This document shows positions 29,567 to 47,092 of a DNA stretch of 64,000 nt, piece by piece. This stretch comes from the human T2T-CHM13v2.0 reference genome, Homo sapiens. The position numbers and the translations under genes were made by a program. Under the pieces are notes generated by a model, which made no database searches, had not been told where the DNA came from, and worked only from the letters and a program-made list of their open reading frames with translations. Within the stretch, counting starts at the first letter, position 1. Each line of letters opens with the position of its first letter. The stretch lies in assembly GCF_009914755.1 (NCBI RefSeq), contig NC_060936.1. One strand, written 5' to 3'.

Positions 29567-30535
29567 TCTCATATATGTACGTGTGTGTACTGCAAAACTA
29601 ATGTTTTTCTAGATGTCAAAAACACTTCTAGCTTTTTGTAATACTTAGATCAAATTTAAAACGGTAAAAGGGCAGTAAAGGGTTACAGAATGACAGCATA
29701 TAACTCTCCATTTAAAGACAGTTGAAAATGTTCAAAAATCAGTTATCAACAATAAGTACATAAAAGGAACATGCAAATATAATGAATTATCTTACTTCGC
29801 CTTGGGCTAAACTTGTTCTTGGATTATCTGCTATACAATTAAGGAAAGGTAAGAATTCTATTTACTTAAGGAATATAGATAATGATTCTAGAATGCCAAC
29901 TCAGTTTGGGCCTTAGGAATAGAAAAATATGCATACCATACACTGTTTTAAAAGAAGATAACAGCTAAAAATACTCCCAAACTAGATGTTCTAGTATGAG
30001 TCTTTACTTGTAAAAATGGTGTTATAGTGTGGTTTTCTCAGCACTTGCAGTAAGAAACTCTTTGCATACAATTTCACCTTATAGTCAAGCTACTCTAATA
30101 TAAAAGGACTTATTAGAGTGGCAATCCACTGTTTATGTTTTTGAAATATTCTTAAAACAATTTTTTGTTAATAATTGCAAAATATTAAAGAAAAGGCTAA
30201 ATATTGTTTTTAAATGACTAAATGACTTTCCTTTAGGTAAATAAGCAAAACATACACGTAGAACAAATCAAGTATTGTGAAGAATAAAATCTAGGATTTA
30301 TTGGGAAACTAAGATTATTCCACGTAATGTTGCTTTTGTCAGTCTTTCTGAAATATCAAACAGAGATAAAGACAGATTTATTTCTTCATAACATTTTCAG
30401 CAACGATGACTATAAATAAAAACTACTGTAAAAAAAGTGAACTCATTAAGTGGCATGTAAGCAAATATTCTGTTATTTTCCCCACAATAATTAAGCCATG
30501 ACAAATACCCAACACACTCTAGGACATGTAAGCTA

Positions 30536-30853
<318 letters not shown>

Positions 30854-30903
30854 TCAATCATGCTATAGGTTTTTTATACAAACACTTAAAATTTTTAATC
30901 CTT

Positions 30904-31211
<308 letters not shown>

Positions 31212-33029
31212 TCAAATCTGAGGCTGATTCTTTTCTTTTGATAGTATGAATAGTGAAACACACAAACTAGAAAAAAAGAAATGTACCAAAGATTTTCCTC
31301 CATTCAAAAATACCACAAGAAAGACAATATTAGTTTATTATGACACTTGAGGTGTAAAATGTCAGAGAAGAATGCTCTAGAGCTTGGTTCTTGTACCAAA
31401 AACAACCAGTAAACTGGAAAAACAACAAGAATCAACTATCTTCCAAGTATGGAACCTAATTAGACACTAAAAACAACCAGGAAAGTGCTTCATGCAGAGG
31501 CTGCTGATCTTGACTCACATGGGCAAACCAGTAGCTACCATTCCCCATTTCTCAGCTTTGCCACAACAGTAAGGAATAGCAGCCCCCATCTCTGGAGCGA
31601 CTTATTAGTGCCATAGCAGGCAGTGGGAGAATTTTGTCCTCCAAAAATTCAAGTTTGAATATTTTGGTCAGTTTGGCAGATCACTGAGAGACAGGCACAG
31701 AGGCAGATGCTTGCCTTTATTTAGGCCCTCTGGGGCTACCGGGCAGGGGAGGCGCACCTGCATCTACTGGAAGATCTAATAAGACAGCACCTTCTTCTTT
31801 AAACCAGATATTGTTATATCATTGTCAGGTCACTGACTTACTACAGAGATAATGTAATAGAAACTTCAGTGACTATACACACAAGAAATACACAGTTTGC
31901 AAAAATGGTTTTGGAAAGTCACAAAGGGATGACAACAGCCTTCAACTAGCCAAGAAAGGCCTGATGAGTGGGAGAATCTGATAACCACAGTTACCACATT
32001 GTACTACAGTGGCTAGGTCTCAACAAATAACCACAAAGCACACAAACAGGAAAGCATGGCCCATTAAGAAAAAAAGCATTTGACAGAAACCTGAAGCAGC
32101 ACAGAATTTGGAATTGCTAGTCAAAAATGTTAAATCAACTGTCCTAAATATACTCAAAGAGCTGAAGGAAATCAGGAAAACAATGTATGAGCAAAACAAG
32201 AATATCAGTAAAGAGACTGAAATTATAAAATGGAATCAAACAAAAATTCCAAAGCTAAAAATTACAATAACTACAATTTAAAAATTCACTAGAGTGGTTC
32301 AACAGATTTGAACAGGCAGAAAAAATGATTAGCAAATTTGAAGACAAGGCAATTAAAATTATCCAGTCTTAGGGATACAAAGAAAAAAGAATGAAGAAAA
32401 ATGAATAGAGCCTGATGAACCTACCGGACAGGGACACTATCAAGTGTACCCACCTACACAGCATAGGAGCCCCCAAAGATAAAAGAAAGGGGGAAATATT
32501 TGAAGAAATAACGGTGAAAAGCTTCTCAAAGCTGATGAAAGACATGAATACATACATCCAAAAATTTCAAATAAATCCAAGAATAAATTCAAAGGAGATA
32601 CAATATTCAGACACATTATATCCAAAGTGTAGAAACCCAAAGACAAATAAAGTATCTTGAAAGCAGCAAGAGAAAAGCAACTAGACATATACATGGGCTC
32701 TTCAGTAAGATTAACAGCTGATGTGTCATCATAAACTGTGATGACCAGGCAGCAATAGGAACGGCATATTTTAAATCCAGAGAGAAAACAAAAAGTCAAC
32801 CAAGAATTTTATATTCAGCAAAACTATCCTTTAAGAATGAAGGAGAAATTTCCAGATAAAAGCCAAGGAAGTATGTTACCAGTAGACCTACTCTACAAGA
32901 AAGATAAAGGGAAACCTTCAGGCTATAATGAAAGGACGTAAGACATAACACTGGTAAAGGTAATTACACAGGTAATTATAAAAGAGAGTATTAACGCACT
33001 TTTGGTTTTTAACTTTTTGCTTTTCTTGT

Positions 33030-33787
33030 TTTTTTAATTATTTTATTGTTGTTGTTTTTGAAGTTCTGGGGTATATGTGCAAGATGAGCAGGCTTGTTAC
33101 ATAGGTAAACATGTGCCATGGTGGTGTGCTGCACTTAACCCATCACCTAGGTATTAAGGCCAACATGCATTAGCTCTTTTCCCTAATGCTCTCCCTACCC
33201 CTGCCCTCCTCCGACAGGCCTCAGTTAAGTGTTGTTTCCCTCCCTGTTTCCATATGTTCTCACTGTTCACCTCCCACTTATAAGTCAGAACATGAGGTGT
33301 TTGGTTTTCTGTTTCTGTGTTAGTTTGCTGAGCATAATGGTTTCCAGCCTTAACCATGTCCCTGCAAAGGACATGATCTCATTCCTTTTTGTGGCTGAAT
33401 AGTATTCCATGGTGTCCATGTACCACATCTTCTTTATCCAGTCTATCAATGATGGGCATTTGGGTTGATTCCATGTCTTTGCTGTTGTGAATAGTGCTGC
33501 AATGAACATACACATGCATGTATCTTTGTAACAGAATGATTTATATTCCTTTGGGTATATACCCAGTAATGGGATTGCTGGTCAAATGGTATTTCTGGTT
33601 CTAAATCTTTGAGGAATCGCCACACTGTCTTCCACAATGGTTGAACTAATTTACATTCCCACCAACAGTGTAAAAGCATCCCTATTTCTCCGCAACCTTG
33701 CCAGTATCTGTTGTTTCTTGACATTTTAGTAATCGCCATTCGACTGGTGTGAGATGTTATCTCATTGTGATTTTGATTTGCATTTAT
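33030..33787 (-). mobile_element. L1PA 3' fragment (~750 bp) nested in the L1M
   Basis: ORFs 33285..33515 and 33446..33739 are ORF2p C-terminus. Confidence 0.9.
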
Positions 33788-34262
33788 CTTAAAAGGTAAA
33801 AAAAATTATAAATCTGCTGCTGGGCACATAAAATATAAAAAGGTAATCTGTGACAATAACAATATAAAAGGGAAGAGACAGAGATATACAGGAGCAGACT
33901 ATTTATATACTACTAAGTTGGTATTATTCAAATGAGGTTACTATCATTTTAAGATGTTAACTATAATCCTCAAGGTAACCACTAAAAAACTAACTATAAA
34001 ATATTACAGAAAAGAAAAAAAACAAAGGAATTAGAATGGTATGCTATTTTAAAAATTAGCAAAGTGCAATAAAAGGGCAAAAATAAAAAAATTAAGGAGT
34101 TAGAAACAAATAAGACATACAGAAAACAATAGCTAACTAGAAAAATTAGTTCTTCCTTATCAGTATTTTAAATGTAAATGAATTAAACTCTTCAATTAAA
34201 AGGCAGAGATTGTCAGACTGGATTTTTTAAAAACCCAATCCACCTAAATGCTGTCTATAAGA

Positions 34263-35142
<880 letters not shown>

Positions 35143-35498
35143 GAGAGAGAAGCACTTTGGATACAAAGACACTAAGAAACTGAAAGTGAAAGGATAGGAA
35201 AAAATATTCCATGCAAATAGTAACCAAAAAAGAGCAAGTGTAGCTATGTTTTTGTCAGACAAAACAGAGTATGATAACAAGACACGAAGGCCATCATATA
35301 TTATAAGGGGTTCGATACATTAAGCTATATCAATTATAAACGTTTACACACCTAAAAACAGAGACTAAAAATATATTAAGCAAAAACAGAATTGAAAGGA
35401 GAAACAGACAACTCTACAATAATAGATGGAGACTTCAATATCCTATTTTAAGTACTGGACAGAAGAACCAGACAGATTTATAAAGAAATACAGGACGT

Positions 35499-35878
35499 GG
35501 CTGGGTGTGGTGGCTCATGCCTGTAATCCCAACACTTTAGGAGGCAGAGGCGGGCAGATCACCTGAGGTCAGGAGTTTCAAACCAGCCTGGCCAACATGG
35601 TGAGAACTCGTCTTTACTAAAAATACAAAAGAAGCTAGCCAGGTGTGGTGGTGCATGCCGGTAATCCCAGCTACTCAGGAAGCTGAGACAGGAGAATTGC
35701 TTGAAGTTGGGAGGCAGAGTTGAAGTGAGCCAGGATCACACTCCAGCCTGGACGACAGAGTGAGACTCTGTCTCACAGAAAGGGGAAGGGAAGGGAGGGG
35801 AGGGGAGGGGAAGGGAGGGGAAGGGAGGGGAAGGGAGGGGAGGGGAGGGGAGGGGAAGGGGAGGGGAAGGGGAGGAAA
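35499..35878 (+). mobile_element. AluS-like whose tail is a (GGGGA/GGGAA)n tract (35780-35878)
   Basis: TSD aaagaaatacaggac / aaagaaatataggac encloses the purine tract. Confidence 0.9.
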
Positions 35879-36481
35879 GAAATATAGGACTTGAACAGCA
35901 CTATATACCTATTGTATTAGACCTATCAGATATACATAGTACACTCCACCTAACAAGCAGAATACACACTCTTCAAGCGCATATGGAACATTCTCCAGGA
36001 CAGGCCATAAGGCAGGCCATAAAACAAGTCTTAATAAACTTTAAAAAACTAAAATCATAAAAAGCTCTTTTCCAATCAAAATGGAATGAAACTAAAAATC
36101 AGAAACAGAAGGAAAACCGGAAAATTTGTGCATATGTGGAAATTAAGCAACATATTCTCAAACAAGCAACTGATCAAAGAAGAAACCACAAGAGATATAA
36201 AAAAGACCCTCATGCAAATGAAAACAAAAACACAACATACATAAGCATATGAGATGTAGCTAAAGAAGTGTAAAGAGGATGTTTATAGCTATAAAAGCTT
36301 ACATTAAAAGAGCTCAATAACCTAACGGTACACTTTATAGAATTAGAAAAAGAACATCAAACAAAACTCAAAGCTAGCAGAAAGAAGAAAATAATAAAGT
36401 CCAAATTGGAGATAAACAAAATAGAGAATAGAAAAAGAATAGAGAAAAAACAAAACAGAAAGTTGGTTCTTTAAAAGATCA

Positions 36482-36777
<296 letters not shown>

Positions 36778-37388
36778 TCAACAAAATAAATTTTTAGCTA
36801 GACTGACTAACAAGAAGAGATTACACTCAAATGACTAAAATCAGAAAGTGGAAACATCACTACCAATTATACAGAAATAAAACGGATTATAAAAGAATGC
36901 TATGAACAATTATATGCTAACAAATTGGATAGCTTAATGAAATAGACAAACTCTTACAAACACACAAACCAGCAAAACTCACAAGAAGAAAGAGACAACC
37001 AAAATATACCTAAGAAGTGAGCTGACAATCAGTATAAAACACTTCCAACCAAAAAAGCCCAGGACCAGATGACTTTACTGGTAAAGTCTACCAAACATTT
37101 AAAGATGAATTAACAACCTATTCCTAAACAACTGAAGAGGGGGTAACACTTCTTGACTTCTATAAGGCCAACATTACCCTGACACCAAAGCCAAACAAAG
37201 ACATCGTAAGAAAAGAAAATTTTACAAGTCAGTATCCTTTATAAATATAGATGCAAAAATCCTTAAGAAAATACTAACAAATTGAATTCGGCAGCTTATT
37301 AAAAAGATTATACCAAATGGGTATATAATGAACCAGGATTTGTCTCAAGAATGCGACGGTGGTTCAACATAAGAAAATCAATTAATGT

Positions 37389-37679
<291 letters not shown>

Positions 37680-38491
37680 GAAAATCAACTAATGTAATAC
37701 ATCACATTAGCAAAATGAAGATAAACCACATGAACTTCTCAATTGATTTAGCAAAAAAAAAAAAAAAAAGGATTTTACAAAATTCAACACCCTTTCATGA
37801 TAAAATCACTCAATAAACAAAAGAGAAAGGAATTTCCTCAACATGAAAAGGCCATATATAAAAACTCACAGCTAATATCGTATTCAATGGTGAAAGACTG
37901 AAAGCTTTTCTCTTAAGATAAAAAACAAGACAAAGATGCCTGCTTTCACCACTTCTATTCAATACCGTGCTGGAAGTTCTAGTCAGAACAATTAGGCAAG
38001 AAAAAGAAATATAAGGCAGCCAAATAGGAAATGAAAAAATAAAACTATCCCTATTTAGAGATGACATGATCTTATATGAAGAAAACCTTAAAGAATCCAC
38101 AAATAAAACCCCATTAGAGCTAATAAACTAATTTCCTTAAGATGTAGAAAGAAAACTGCCATGATGAAATCAGTTGTATTTCTATAGGTTAGCAATGAAC
38201 TATATGAAAGGGAAATTTTAAAAAGAATCCATTTAGAATAGCATCAAAAACAGTAAAATACTTAGGAATAAATTTAACCAATGCAGTGATAGACTTATAT
38301 GCTGAAAATTACAAAATATTGTTGAATAAAATTAAAGAAACCTAAATAAATGAAAGTATATCCCATAGTCATGGATTGGAAGACTTAATATGATGTCAAC
38401 ATTATCCAAATGATCTACAGGTTTAATGCAATCTCTATCAAAATTCCAATGGTGCTCTTTTGCAGAAAAAGAACATGGTCTAAAATTTGTT

Positions 38492-38578
38492 CCGGTTTAC
38501 AGTGAGCTATGATTATGCCACTGCACTCCAGCCTGGGTGATAGTGGGATCCTGTCTCAAATTTAAAAAAAAAAAAAAA
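38492..38578 (+). mobile_element. Alu 3' fragment
   Basis: cagtgagctatgattatgccactgcactccagcc plus poly(A). Confidence 0.85.
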
Positions 38579-41577
38579 GCAAGACAACGACGATATCTTA
38601 AAATTTATATGGAATTCCAAGGAACCTTGAATAGTTTTGAACTAGAAGAACAAAGGTGGAGGTCTTATGTGTCCCCATTTCAAGACCTAATAAAAAGATA
38701 AAAAGCTACAATAATCAAAACATTATGGTATTGACATAAGAATAGATATATATAGACCAACAGAATAGAATTGAGAACCCAAACACAGACTCTCACACCT
38801 GATTTTTGACAAAGGTACCAGGACCATTCAATAGGGAGGGAGCAGTTTATTTAGCAAATGGTGCTGGGAAAACTGGATGTTTTCATGCAAAAGAGTGAAA
38901 CTGGACCATTACCTTACACCATATACAAGAGTTAACTGAAAATGAATCAAAGGCCTAAATATAAGAGTTAAAACTGTAAAACTCTTAGAAGAAATATTCC
39001 TGATATTGGATTTCACAATGATTTCTTAAATATGACACCAAAGGCACAGGCAACAACAAAAAAGACCCCCAAAAACAGACATATTGGACTTTAAATTTAA
39101 AATGATAGTAAAGAGAGTGAAACAACCCACAGAATGGGTTAAAATACTTGCAAATCATATATCTGACAAGAGTTTAATATCCAGAAAGAACTGCTACAAC
39201 TCAACAGCAAAAAACAAACACCCAATTTAAAAATGGGTAAAGGTCTTGAATGTACATCGCACCAAAGATATACCAATGGCCTATAAGCACATAAAAAGAT
39301 GCTCAACATTACTACTCATTGGAGAAATGCAAACCAAAACCACTATGAGATACCACCTCATACCCACTAGGATGGCTACTATCAAACAGAAAGCAGTGTC
39401 AGTGAGGATGTGGACAAACTGGAACACTGATGCAACTGTAAAATGGTGTAGCCATTGTGAAAAACTGGTAGTTCCTCAAAAAACTAAACACAGAATAATC
39501 ATATGACCCAGCAACTCTACTCCTAGGGATATACCAAAAAAAAAAAACTGAAAACAGGGACTCAAACAGATACTTGTACACCAATGTTAATGGCAGCATT
39601 ATTCACAACAGCCAAAAGGTGAAAACAAACTGCCAATCAACGGATAAACAAAATGTGGCATATACATACGATGCCATAAAAACAAATGAAGTTCTGACAT
39701 ATGCTACAACACAGATGAGCCTTGAGAACATTATGCTAAGGGAACTAAGTCAGACACAAAAGGACAAATATTATATGATTCTACTTACATGAAAAAGCTC
39801 TAGAAATAGTTGTGATGGTTACACAAAATTTCAATCTTAATTGTCGTTGAACTTTATGCTTAAAAATAACTAAAATGGCAAATTTTGTTTTGTATATTTT
39901 ATCACAATAAAAACATTTTAACTGTCGTGTTAGCAGGCATTTATATCAGTTTTCCATCAAGCCTAAATATGGTCAATATTTCATTTGAGTGGAGCTTTAC
40001 TGAAATAATTGGCTAAATAATTTCAATATGACCTATACCAATTATGCTGAACACAACAGAATATATCAGGATTAGCGCTTTATGGTTATGATATAGACGC
40101 TCACAAAAGACTGTTGTTGCTCCCAGCTTAACAGTAAGAATGAGCCAGACAAACTATAAAATCATAGTTTTTTAAACTCAGAAAGCTGAGGATGCAAAGA
40201 AAATAAATCAACTAAATTCTAGAGGAACAAGCCCTTTCTGGAAAAGAAAACAGGGCTGGGATCATGGTGAAAGGAGAAGTGAACCTGCAATAGGAGGGGG
40301 AAACCAGCCAACTTTTAACAGACTTTTCAAGGGGAACACGGGGGCAAGATAGATTAAAATCTCAGAAATCTCATTCACAAAGCAAATCTGCACTTTCCCA
40401 ATAGGATCCCTTCCAAGTATTGAAGCTGAATAAGGGAAGGTGAGGCGATGGGACCACAGAATGCTGAGGACAAGGCAGAAGAGCTGAGAGAAACCCCTGT
40501 TCAAGTGGCACACTAAGTGTAAGGTGGCCAAAGGAAGGTGGCAGGGTATTAGTTCAGTGCTCTCTCCAGAGGTAAGGACCGAAGCCAGAAGTGGGGCTAG
40601 AGAGAGAGAAAAAAAAAAAACATGTCCCAGCTGCTCCAAATGCCAACAGCTGTGCTGTGAAACAGAGAGGGATCTCCCACAGTACAACAAACTGGGCTAT
40701 AAAGGCTGGGGTGGGCTATAAAGGATGGCGAGATTGCCTGAATCTCACAGGTACTCAGATGGCAAACTCTAATAAAGGGAGTGTCCTCATCCTGCCTTCA
40801 CAACATCTGATACCAGTGGTAAACTAAAGACAACTAAAACTGCAACAAGGTCCCATCCCAAACTGAACTGACTCAGCCCCTAACACTAGTGACCTGACAG
40901 AATACTTCAGTCTGTACTGTCCTTTTTCACAATGTCTGACAGCAAATAAAAAATCAGAGACCAAGAAACAGAAAAATGTGACCCATAATCAAGAGCAAAG
41001 ATGTAATATGAAGTCTTTCAGTGACAACATTTCAAATTATGGCTATTTTGCTACTCAAATAGATGACAATTTTTTAAAGTATTAGAGTTTATGAAATAGT
41101 TTAATTGGATCAGACACAGGTTTTTGGTAATAAATACTGTTTGTTTTTCCATATAAAGGTATTAAAAGTGGTGTACAGAATTCATACAACATAGAAACCC
41201 CTGTCCCACTACTATTAATAGTTTGGTCAAATCTGGAAAGCTAAATCAAATAAAGTAGAAAAACTATAAAATTTTGCAGAGACTTCATATACTAATAAGT
41301 ATTACTGACACTCCAAATATATTTGGCCATGTAATATCAATGACACTTTTAACACTTTACAAAACCTAATGTTCCAAAAAACATATATAAATACATTCAC
41401 ATGAATTCCATCAGGCCATACATGCTGTTTCATAGGCTGTTTTCCCATGAAGTATTACATTTCAGCTACTTCCCCTCAACTATTTCATGGAGATCCATTT
41501 ATATAAATAAATGTAGCTATACGTCATCTTTCTAAATGGATGTTTACTATTCCATTGTATGGCTATACTATGTAGCA

Positions 41578-41930
41578 GAAATGTCTTATGCTTTGGGTTT
41601 CATCACACAGACATTAAGACAGACATGGTGAGATTTAATAAAATTAATACATTTTACTTCTTCATCAAGAACATTCTTAAGTGAAACTGTTTCTGTTTCT
41701 TTCCCTGTATGTGTGAAGTAAAGAATGCCACTGCCATTATTTTGAAATAAGGAGCCAGAAGTTTTACACACACTGCATATGTACCACCAGAGCAAATGTC
41801 AACAGAGTTTAAAAGGTGGCGGGGGGGGGGCGCGGGTACAAATATTTTAGTATTATGAAAAATTAAGTTTTGACCTTGTGGGCTTTCTGAAAGGGTCTCA
41901 GGATCACAAATCACACTGTGAGATTTGCTA
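41578..41930. mobile_element. hAT-Charlie fragment
   Basis: catcaagaacattcttaagtgaaactg...aaagggtctcagg. Confidence 0.55.
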
Positions 41931-42814
41931 GGTTAGTTTCCCAAGCTGAATTTCAATTAACCTATCTTAGCAAACAGAACATTAATAATTCAATAAGAAA
42001 GGTAATAACTAGTAATAATAGTAACCATAATCAAAATTACTAATTGCTGAGCACAGGAAGTAAGTTTGGGGGAAAAAAGTAAATTAAGGATTGAACCTAT
42101 TGGAACAAATTTAATCTAGAACTCAGAAAAAAAGTCAATGTTTAAAGTGTGAGTCTGAGAGCTGCACTTATATAAAACCAACTGAAGCCAGAAAGGGTAT
42201 GTGTAATAAGAGGGAAGGTCAGAAACTTGACGAATACTTAAAGTTAACAAGTAGACAAGGGCAAAGTGTAATCAACCCAGTTCCAAACAGAATGGATAGA
42301 GACATCAATTCTGACAAGTGAAGAAACATTAGAGACAACCTGGGCTAAGCAATTTATTTTATGATTAAAGAAACAGAGCCTGAAGAGGCTCAAAAAAGTG
42401 AAGTGATCTGGCCAAGTCTCTGAAAGTGAGAGAGTCAGGTCTTAAAATTTCACCTTAGGGATCCCAACTCAATTTTCTTTCCACAGTAGCAAATTTCCAG
42501 AGTTAGGAAGCAACTCTCTTACCTGCTAACTACTGAAGAATTAAAATCTAGCATGAGACAGATTTCAGCAAGAAAATAGCACGTGTATCTCTACTCCTTC
42601 AAACTCTGCTCCTCTTGCAGTCTTCACCATGGCAGTAAATGGATGGTAACTATAGTCTAACATTTGCTCTGTCTTTCCTTTTCTCACATTCCACAATCAA
42701 TGCATCACCAAAGCCTTCAAAATGTATCAAGTCTGATCACATGAACTGCTCAAATCCTGATCCAAGCCCAGCCTCATCATCTCTTTGCTTAGAATTTAAT
42801 GTTTAGAGCATCCA

Positions 42815-43110
42815 ACTGGGCATGGTGGCTCACATCTGTAATCCCAGTGACTCGAGAGGCTGAGGCGGGAGAGCTGTTTGAGGCCAAGAGTTCCAAGACC
42901 AGCCTTGGCAACATAGTGAGACCCCTCCTCTTAGGAAAAAAAATTAAAAATTAGCCAGGCAGGGTGGCACATGTCTGAAGTTCCAGCTACTCAGGAGGCT
43001 GAGACAGGAGGATTACTTGAGCCCAGAAGTTTGAGACTGCAATGAGCTGTGATCTCATCACTGCACTCCAGCCTGGGAATCAGAGTGAGACCCCAACTCT
43101 TAAGAAAAAA
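42815..43110 (+). mobile_element. AluJ-like
   Basis: TSD gagcatcc(t)aact. Confidence 0.9.
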
Positions 43111-43457
43111 ATTTCGAGCATCCTAACTCGTCTTACTGCTCCCACCGCAACACCTCTGCCCTCCCTGCCCCACTGCCCATAGTGTATTTCTATACAGCAG
43201 CCAGAGCAAACATATTAAATCATAAATAACATAATCACTCTTCTTCAAAACCCTACAATGACTGGCACTTACTAAACTGTTAAACTCAAAGTTCTTAAAT
43301 GGTTTATGAGGTCCTGATAAGCCTCATAAATGGCCTGCCCATCTCCTTTTTAACCTCGTTTTCTGCCATTCTGCTCCTACCCATTCCACTATAGCAGCTG
43401 TCTCTTTTTTTGCACTTGCCCTTCCTCTGCTTGGAATGCATTTTCTCCAGATGTTAA

Positions 43458-43914
<457 letters not shown>

Positions 43915-44515
43915 CATATATTGGTCTATTGTCGATTCCCTCCACTAGAATGTGGTCTCCTTAAGAACAGGGAATTAATATATTTTGCTCATTATTGTAT
44001 CCTCAGCATTTAGAACAAATCCTGACACTCAACAGGTGCTCATAAATACCTACAGAATGAAGGAATGATAGCAAATACTAACATAGTACTAGAGATTAGT
44101 CATTTTTTTGACTTAGGCTCTGTCTCCCTGATTGAAGTCAATCTATTAACTGGCAAAGTTTCTGATCACTGTCTCACACAAACTGCTGTGCTTAGGTTTT
44201 CTCCTATATATTAAAAAGTATTATTCATTCATTTCAACAAACATTCACACACAGGCCCTATCATGTCCCCAGCAATATAGGAGGCATTGAGGGCAAAAAG
44301 ATAAAATATTAACTCTGTTAATATTACTTAGTCTTGGGAGGTGTTATATCATTTTCAGAATGAAGTTATTCTGCAAATGAGTGAAACTCCAGGATAATAA
44401 CGATGAATGTTTTCATAATTATTTCAAAGGCCAAAAATTCAAATAATAGCCCACATACTCAAAGTGAACTTTACATGAAAACTGTTTGAGCCATGTGACA
44501 ACATATATAAAATTT

Positions 44516-44780
44516 ATTTATTTTGAGACAGGATCTCACTTTGTCACCCAGGCTGGAGTGCAGTAACGGAATCATGGCTCACTGAAGCCTCTGTTGCCCA
44601 GGCTCAAGCAATCCTTTTGCCTCAGCCCCCCAAGTCGCTGGGACTTACAGGTATGCACCATCACACCTAGCTAATATTTGTTTTTGTAGAGATGGAGTTT
44701 TGAACTCCTGAACTCAAGCAATCCTCCCACCTGGGCCTCCTAAAGTGCTAAGATTACAGGCATGAGCCACTGTGCTAAGT
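44516..44780 (-). mobile_element. AluJ-like
   Basis: Antisense Alu with small deletion. Confidence 0.88.
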
Positions 44781-45390
44781 CTTAAAATTTAATTGGCTGC
44801 CTTTATTAAGCTTGTAGAGATCAAGACATTATAGTTCACTATATTGGAACCCCTACATGAAATGATACCAGCCATTACCTCCTGAGTTCAGTAAGAACTT
44901 AGACAAAAATAACCAGTAGCTGAGAAGCTTCAAACAGGTTTATTAAGGTTGTTTCTCAACACCATCATTTGTATAAATAATCCCCCAGATCCCTCTGACT
45001 TTCACAAGATAATATTTTTCAACTGAAACTTATTTTCATTATTTTCTTTAAACATATTTTTGTATACATTGTCTGCTGGGCAATAAATTAAAATTCAAAA
45101 TATAAAATCTGATTTAAATGTCACTCGGAATGTAGATACTTCCATCATGAATAATAAATTGATTTGCAGATGATAAATCCCCACAGAAAGGGCATTTGTT
45201 TTAAACAGCTGTTCAGTTTCAGAGAATTCAGATAGTGATCTATTAGAAATGTCATCTGATGCTTTTGATAATAATGGTCTTACTCAGAATAGAACCAAGA
45301 GAGCAACTGTAACCACTTGAGATAGTGCCTCATTTTGATATACAAATGGTTATATACAAAAGGGGAAAAAGCCCATTAAAAGGAAGCTCA

Positions 45391-45685
45391 GGCCAGGCAC
45401 TGTGGCTCATGGCTATAATTCCAGCACTTTGGGAGGCTGAGGCAGGAGCATCTCGAGGCCAGGAGTTTGAGACTAGCCTAGGCAACACAGTGAGACCCTC
45501 AATTCTACAAAAAAAATTTTAAAATAGCCAGATGTGGTGTCATGTGCCTGTAGTCCTAGCTACTTAGGAAGCTGAGGCAGGAGAATCGCTTGAGCCCAGG
45601 AGTTTAAGGCTGCAGTGAGCTGTGACTGCACTCCAACCTGGGAGACAAAGTGAGACCCTGTCTCAAAAAACAAACAAACGAAAAC
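45391..45685 (+). mobile_element. AluJ-like
   Basis: Diverged dimeric Alu. Confidence 0.88.
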
Positions 45686-45989
45686 AGGAGAGACGAGAAG
45701 GCAATTATTTTACATCTCAGTTATGTGATGAACACTCTCGGTCGTGAGTGTGCATATAAGTAATGCGTCTCTCAAAGTACAACTACAGAAAGGTTATAGT
45801 AGACTACTGATAATTCTGAGATTCAAATTACCCTACCTAGCCATTTGAAAACCAACCTTTTTAACTGATAAAGCAAGCACTGAGAGGTTACACCTCTGGG
45901 TTGTACATGCCCTACCTTCTCTGTGAGAGCAATCCAGCTTATTTTATCTGGTGAAATGTTAACTAGTAATAATATTAGGCCAGTAAATT

Positions 45990-46500
45990 CAAATTCTTCC
46001 TGAGAAAGGTATCCTGAGATTTTAATCCTGGGTACATATCCAAGAGAAACTGTAACACATTTACCCAAAAATATGAACAGAAATAGTCACAGCAACATGT
46101 CCGTAATAGCATAATACTAGAAACAACCTAAATGTCTATTACAGACCAGATAATAGGTAACAAATTACGGTAATTCATAGAATAGAATGTTATTATACAG
46201 CAGTAAAAATGAATGAACTACAACCACATGCAACAAGGACAAATATTAGTAATGTGATCTTTAACAAAAAGAAGTCCCAGAAGACTACATTTAGTATTTT
46301 TTATAAAAATAAAAACACACAATATATTTACTGTTTAGGTAAACTATATATAATGCTTTTTAAAAATACAAAGGATTAAAATAAAGTTTATGATGACAGT
46401 TACAAATTAGGGAGAGGCAAGGAGAAAAGCACATAAAAAGTTAAGTTACTGACAATAAGAAGTTGGGTTAACAGATATTAATTATTTTATTGCTGTATAA
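45990..46500 (+). mobile_element. L1ME-like 3' fragment
   Basis: ctagaaacaacctaaatgtc...aaaatgaatgaacta. Confidence 0.6.
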
Positions 46501-46695
46501 CTACATACACACACAGATATGCAGATTATGCAGGGACCAGTGAGGATCTTGTCATAAGCCCAGAACTCTGTGCAAACTTGTAAAAAAAAAAAAAAAAAAA
46601 AAAAAAAGTTTAGGGAAAAAAGAATAAAAACAATAGCATAATTAAAAAGTAAAAGTAGATTTTAAGACAGTAAAATGTATACATATATTTATTTA

Positions 46696-47092
<397 letters not shown>

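Noticed and set aside
46582-46607. Orphan poly(A) as a processed pseudogene tail
   Set aside because: No recognisable retrocopy body or TSD; adjacent to an old L1 fragment
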